Shown in pieces: positions 4,989 through 9,093 of a stretch of 9,093 nt of DNA (positions are counted from its first letter, which is position 1; each line of letters begins with the position of its first letter). Position numbers and translations under genes: made by a program. Where the stretch lies: the IMG/VR virus record IMGVR_UViG_2537561928_000018, one strand, 5' to 3'. This stretch comes from a virus. Its lineage: Duplodnaviria > Heunggongvirae > Uroviricota > Caudoviricetes. The notes below the pieces were generated by a model, which was given only the letters and a program-made list of their open reading frames with translations, did not search any database and had not been told where the DNA came from.

Positions 4989-7037
4989 ATGAGCAAATTT
5001 ACAGTTGATAGTTTTATCGTTGAATTAGGCTTCAGTGAAAACGTTGTTAAAGGCTTGCAAAGAGTTGAAAAGGCAGCTTTGCAGTCAGCACAAAGAATTG
5101 AAAAGAACCTAAATAAAGGTTTCAGGATTAATACAAAACAGCTTGATAGTAATTTGACAAGTTCTTTAGGGCAACTTGAAAGGAAGTTTAATAAGGCTTT
5201 TGACAAGATTGAACAGAGAGCAAGAAGCACAAAAGCTTTCCGTTTCACAAGTCAGGTTAATGACGCTATTAATCCTCCAAAACAACCAAGACAGCCACGA
5301 ATTAGCGGAAACAGAGCAATCACAGCAGCTTACTCAGCGAATATGAGCAAGTTAAAGGGCTTTGACCCTGTTTTGCAGAAATACATCAAATCTCAGTTTT
5401 ACGGGCTATCTGCTAAAGCTGGTCAGATGGATAATTCAAAATTCAATGAGAAGCTGGCTCAGTTAAATGCTTCAGTCAGAGAAGCAATTGCTAAAGCTAA
5501 AGGTCATACATCCACCAGCATTAACGGTGACAGAGCAGCTAATAGTCTTGATAGTTTGAGTTCAGCAGCAGTTAAAACAGCAGGTGCATTTATCAGCTTT
5601 CAGGCTGTACTATCCGCTTATCAGAAGATTATGGAAGTTGGCCTTCAACGTGCATCATCGGAAAGAAGTATTGATTTCGTATTCGGTGACCAAAGTACAC
5701 AGGTCAAAAAGTTCATTCAAGATTTAACTCAAATTACTGGTATGGACACAACCGAAACACAAGCACAGTTTGCTTCATTTGGTGCATCTGCAAAAAATAC
5801 GATGGGTCTTGAAGGCTCAGAGGAATTATTTAAAAACTTAACTGGATATGCCCGTTTAATGGGTCGTTCAGATGAGCAGATTCAAAGAGCATTAACCGCA
5901 GTATCGCAGATGGCTTCTAAGGGTCAGGTGATGGCTGAAGAGCTTAAGGGGCAACTATCTGAAGCTTTACCGGGTGCTACTCAGGCATTTGCAAAGGCTT
6001 TAGGTCTGACTGAAAAACAGCTTTTCGATAAGATGAAAAATGGTGATGTTAAAGCCTCTGATGCACTCCCTAAGTTTGCTAAAGAACTTGGTTCACAGAT
6101 TAATTCCAGAGGTGGCTGGAAAGCTATTCAGGACTCTACGCAGACGATGTTAGGGAACTTAAAGAATACTTGGAACAACTCACTAACGGATATCTTCAGA
6201 GGTTCTGAAAATGGTCTTCAAGATTTCACAAGAAGCTTAACAACGCTTTTAAATAGTCTTGGTGGGAGTGGTAAAACATTAGGTGAAAGTCTTGGTAATC
6301 TCATGACTTCTATGTCACACGGTGTCGATAACCTGACTGATATTAGTTACAGGGTAAGGGCGTTCTTTGACGAGGTGACATTGGCTTATCGTGGTTTAAC
6401 CGATGAACAAAAGAAAGTTGTTGATGCTTTAGGTTCTGGCTTGATTAATAGTTTAAAAGTCTTGGCTGGTGTTATTGCTGTAAATAAAGTTGTTGGTGTA
6501 ACCAGAAGTATTTACGGGCTTATGACTGCTATCACAAGATTAGGTCAGGTCGCTGATACTACAGCGGATAACGTGAATAGAAAGAACGGGAAACCATCAA
6601 GGTTTAATCTTGGGAATATGCTATTAGCTGGTAGTGCTATCTATGCAGGTTATGAAAGATTAGCCTCTACACCTGAACGAATGGAAGCACAAGCTAAATT
6701 ACCAGAGCTGGCTAAAGAGTCTGGACTTAAGCCAGTATTTACTATGGACGATGTGAAAGGTTGGTTTAATAGTGCAGCTATGAATCTTGCTAACTTCCAG
6801 CATCCAGAATTAATCACCATGAGACAAGATGCGGCATTAACGAATACGGATATCCAAAGCCTGAGAGATGAAATTAGTGCTTTGAGCAAACGTATTCAGG
6901 AGCCTGTGAAAGTTTCACTTGGTGGTGAAGTTGCCATTAAACCAGATGAAACCAGCTTTATGACCTTTAGCAGTAATATCTACGACCAATACGCAGAAGC
7001 TACGCTATTAAGTTCATCATTCCCAGAAGATGATTGA
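4989..7037 (+). CDS. Tape-measure-like protein, 682 aa
   Basis: ORF track; residues about 300-368 (ALTAVSQMASKGQVMAEELKGQLSEALPGATQAFAKALGLTEKQLFDKMKNGDVKASDALPKFAKELG) match my recollection of the conserved core of phage tail tape-measure proteins (SKG.V.AEEL..QL.E.LPGA...A.A.G pattern); A/Q/K/L/S-rich helical composition. The only SD (AGAGGTG) is about 11 nt upstream of the ATG. Confidence 0.6.
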   Translation: MSKFTVDSFIVELGFSENVVKGLQRVEKAALQSAQRIEKNLNKGFRINTKQLDSNLTSSLGQLERKFNKAFDKIEQRARSTKAFRFTSQVNDAINPPKQPRQPRISGNRAITAAYSANMSKLKGFDPVLQKYIKSQFYGLSAKAGQMDNSKFNEKLAQLNASVREAIAKAKGHTSTSINGDRAANSLDSLSSAAVKTAGAFISFQAVLSAYQKIMEVGLQRASSERSIDFVFGDQSTQVKKFIQDLTQITGMDTTETQAQFASFGASAKNTMGLEGSEELFKNLTGYARLMGRSDEQIQRALTAVSQMASKGQVMAEELKGQLSEALPGATQAFAKALGLTEKQLFDKMKNGDVKASDALPKFAKELGSQINSRGGWKAIQDSTQTMLGNLKNTWNNSLTDIFRGSENGLQDFTRSLTTLLNSLGGSGKTLGESLGNLMTSMSHGVDNLTDISYRVRAFFDEVTLAYRGLTDEQKKVVDALGSGLINSLKVLAGVIAVNKVVGVTRSIYGLMTAITRLGQVADTTADNVNRKNGKPSRFNLGNMLLAGSAIYAGYERLASTPERMEAQAKLPELAKESGLKPVFTMDDVKGWFNSAAMNLANFQHPELITMRQDAALTNTDIQSLRDEISALSKRIQEPVKVSLGGEVAIKPDETSFMTFSSNIYDQYAEATLLSSSFPEDD

Positions 7038-7048
7038 TAATAGTCGAA

Positions 7049-7114
7049 TGCTACGTGAAATCTTCTGAACAGATATACCCACCAAAAATTATTTTTTACG
7101 TAGCTCACGCTTAA
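7049..7114 (+). promoter_or_regulatory. Conserved 66-bp intergenic element, copy B (upstream of the 258-aa gene)
   Basis: See copy A; begins 12 nt after the stop of the tape-measure-like gene and ends about 80 nt before the ATG at 7195. Confidence 0.5.
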
Positions 7115-7194
7115 CAGAGAAAACACTTATATATCAAAGGCTTGGTTAAAAATGATTAAAATACACTAAGTCTTTGAAATCAAAGGAGAATTTA

Positions 7195-7968
7195 ATGATT
7201 TACTCTAACCAAATCAAATATAGTGGCAAAGATGGCATCTATTTCCACTTAAGAGATAATGTAGATGCCTTCTTAACCTTATCAGCAACTGAAAACATGG
7301 AATTTGACAGCCCTATGCAGGTAACTACACAGAACATGCAATCAGGGCAAACCGTCACAGATAATGTGCAAAGAGCACCCAGAACAATCACTATTAGTGG
7401 TGTCGTTGTAGTTGGCTATGAAGGAAGTTTATTATTAACTCGTCAGGGTCAATTAGTAGAAAACTTCATTGACACTCTCGAAAGCTGGCGTGACCAGAAG
7501 CAAATTATTTCGGTCATCTGTAAAGACGGTATCAAGATTGATGACTCCATTATCACGAGTTTTAAAGCCTCTAAAGATGTTGGAATTTCAAACGGCTTAA
7601 GAATCCAATTAACTTTTCAGGAAATTAACTTTAAAGCTATTGTGGGTCAGACTGATATCTCGGCTGCGACCGGAAGGACTTCTACCACAAGTGATGGTGG
7701 TGCTACCAGTAAAAAGAATACTGGTAATACTACAACAAGTCTAGGTAATGGTATGTTGCTGTGTCAGGAGCTATATAATCGCTCTACGAGTGAACTTTCT
7801 AATGAGCAACTTCAAGCCCGTATCAATTGTGGTAGAAGTGTCAAAGTTGAGAATGGAAAAAGCACCTTCTCAGATGCCGCTAATGAGCAAGCTTCAAAGG
7901 CGCTTAATAATGCTGGTACAGGTAATGTTTTGAAGAGGCTTTCTGTGAATCCTAACAAGCGCTACTGA
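7195..7968 (+). CDS. Hypothetical protein, 258 aa from the ATG (ORF track begins at TTG 7174); possibly tail-associated by position only
   Basis: ATG at 7195 has SD AAGGAG 6 nt upstream, and the TTG at 7174 would overlap it; contains an S/T/G-rich linker ([28 protein letters not shown]) between two regions; no family recognised. Confidence 0.7.
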   Translation: MIYSNQIKYSGKDGIYFHLRDNVDAFLTLSATENMEFDSPMQVTTQNMQSGQTVTDNVQRAPRTITISGVVVVGYEGSLLLTRQGQLVENFIDTLESWRDQKQIISVICKDGIKIDDSIITSFKASKDVGISNGLRIQLTFQEINFKAIVGQTDISAATGRTSTTSDGGATSKKNTGNTTTSLGNGMLLCQELYNRSTSELSNEQLQARINCGRSVKVENGKSTFSDAANEQASKALNNAGTGNVLKRLSVNPNKRY

Positions 7969-7982
7969 CGATAGAATCTCAA

Positions 7983-8678
7983 CTATATGATAACCTCATC
8001 AACATCTATTAAACCCCTCTCAGTGACTTCAGAAAGCGACTGTATAGCCTCTGTAACGTCCTCTGAGGGGTTTTCTGTTATTGGTAAGGTGATTGCTCTA
8101 CCGTTGTGAAAAGTTACTTTACAGCGACGTTTAGCAGTATTTAAAACGACCTCTTTAACAGCACTTTTGATTATCAGTTGTGCTTCAATCCTTCCCGCCT
8201 TTGTAGTCAAGTCACAATCAGACAAAGAGCCTGTATCGATAGACTTAAGCCGCTGTGTCTCCTTCTCGATATCCGCATCAACCTGTGATAGCTCACCTTT
8301 TAACTGTTTTAGTTTGCTGGTAATAGCGGACAAGTCTTCAATTTCAAGTGATAGCTGTACCAGCTTTTCAATATTGTTTGAGATGTGTTCACGGTGTAGC
8401 TTCAGTGTGTCTATGGTATTCGTCGTATCGCTATCAAATCGGTCAAGACGAGATAGCAGGGTAAGTAATGTACCATCGGTTTGCTTACGTGAAAGTCCTT
8501 TAGCACTACAACGGTTTTCATTACGAAGGGGACAACGATAAATCCCGTTTCTTGTATTGCTAAAGCCTGTGATAATCAGAGCATGACCACATTCAGAACA
8601 ACGGATAACACCTTTAAAGAGATTCACACTCAATGGTTTATCTGAAGCAGGTTTTCGACCGTAACGAGAATGTGATAG
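7983..8678 (-). pseudogene. Large serine recombinase, 3' fragment (zinc-ribbon plus coiled-coil region); 5' catalytic part displaced by the IS3 insertion
   Basis: Minus-strand frame is open from the IS3 boundary with no credible start (track start at 8633 is a TTG); Cys pattern RCSECGH...YRCPLRNENRC followed by a long heptad-like coiled coil is typical of the C-terminal region of large serine integrases; about 230 aa is too short for a complete enzyme. Confidence 0.7.
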
Positions 8679-8743
8679 TGATCTTACCCAGCAATAGTGG
8701 ACACGCGGCTAAGTGAGTAAACTCTCAGTCAGAGGTGACTCAC

Positions 8744-9043
8744 ATGACAAAAACAGTATCAACCAGTAAAAAACCCCGTAAACAGCATTCGCCTGAATTT
8801 CGCAGTGAAGCCCTGAAGCTTGCTGAACGCATCGGTGTTACTGCCGCAGCCCGTGAACTCAGCCTGTATGAATCACAACTCTACAACTGGCGCAGTAAAC
8901 AGCAAAATCAGCAGACGTCTTCTGAACGTGAACTGGAGATGTCTACCGAGATTGCACGTCTCAAACGCCAGCTGGCAGAACGGGATGAAGAGCTGGCTAT
9001 CCTCCAAAAGGCCGCGACATACTTCGCGAAGCGCCTGAAATGA
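8744..9043 (+). CDS. insE: IS3 OrfA (transposase N-terminal / regulatory protein), 99 aa from the ATG
   Basis: Translation MTKTVSTSKKPRKQHSPEFRSEALKLAERIGVTAAARELSLYESQLYNWRSKQQ... is the IS3 OrfA sequence as I recall it; the track start at 8735 is an upstream GTG. Confidence 0.85.
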   Translation: MTKTVSTSKKPRKQHSPEFRSEALKLAERIGVTAAARELSLYESQLYNWRSKQQNQQTSSERELEMSTEIARLKRQLAERDEELAILQKAATYFAKRLK

Positions 9044-9093
9044 AGTATGTCTTTATTGAAAAACATCAGGCTGAGTTCAGCATCAAAGCAATG
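9040..9093 (+). CDS. insF: IS3 OrfB (transposase catalytic part), 5' end only
   Basis: ATG overlaps the insE stop (ATGA); translation MKYVFIEKHQAEFSIKAM matches the IS3 OrfB N-terminus as I recall it; truncated by the window edge. Confidence 0.8.
   Translation, partial: MKYVFIEKHQAEFSIKAM

Larger units (their letters stand above)
8679..9093 (+). mobile_element. IS3 insertion sequence, left end (continues past the window)
   Basis: Sequence from 8679 (tgatcttacccagcaatagtggacacgcgg...) matches my recollection of the IS3 left terminus; encodes the canonical OrfA followed by the start of OrfB. Confidence 0.85.

Noticed and set aside
4967-5248. 93-aa minus-strand ORF
   Set aside because: Antisense to the start of the tape-measure-like gene; no SD.
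6650-6889. 79-aa minus-strand ORF
   Set aside because: Entirely antisense within the 682-aa gene.
7748-7933. 61-aa ORF on the + strand
   Set aside because: Alternative frame inside the 258-aa gene.
8167-8541. 124-aa ORF on the + strand
   Set aside because: Antisense to the serine recombinase fragment; S/C-rich low-complexity translation.
7983-8633. Recombinase as a complete 216-aa CDS starting at the TTG at 8633
   Set aside because: The frame stays open upstream to the IS3 boundary and the product would lack the catalytic domain; it is a fragment of a larger gene.
8820-9038. 72-aa ORF on the + strand
   Set aside because: Alternative frame inside IS3 insE, which is the established reading frame.
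1-9093. tRNA or tmRNA integration target
   Set aside because: I found no tRNA-like 3' end in the window; the attachment site is probably beyond the IS3 and recombinase end.

Overview
This window reads as an AT-rich, horizontally acquired segment (phage- or satellite-like) that ends in a large serine recombinase gene cut by an IS3 insertion. All calls below come from reading the sequence and ORF track by eye; no database search, HMM or folding program was run, so family assignments are from memory and unverified. Layout: (i) 1-1140 is mostly non-coding with direct repeats, hairpins and one doubtful small minus-strand ORF; (ii) a consensus-like sigma70 promoter at 1141-1169 precedes six translationally coupled small genes (1221-3100), including a tandem ribbon-helix-helix-like protein, a minimal HNH endonuclease and a 21-aa hydrophobic micropeptide; (iii) a second near-identical promoter at 3126-3154 precedes a small ORF or leader with terminator-like hairpins; (iv) 3574-7968 holds three small genes, a 682-aa tape-measure-like protein and a 258-aa protein, the last two each preceded by a copy of a conserved 66-bp element; (v) 7983-8678 (minus strand) is the zinc-ribbon and coiled-coil end of a large serine recombinase whose 5' part is displaced by IS3 starting at 8679 (insE complete, insF start). 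The most interesting candidates for an undescribed system are the six-gene operon and the orphan tape-measure-like module with its repeated 66-bp element. No tRNA, rRNA or CRISPR array was found.
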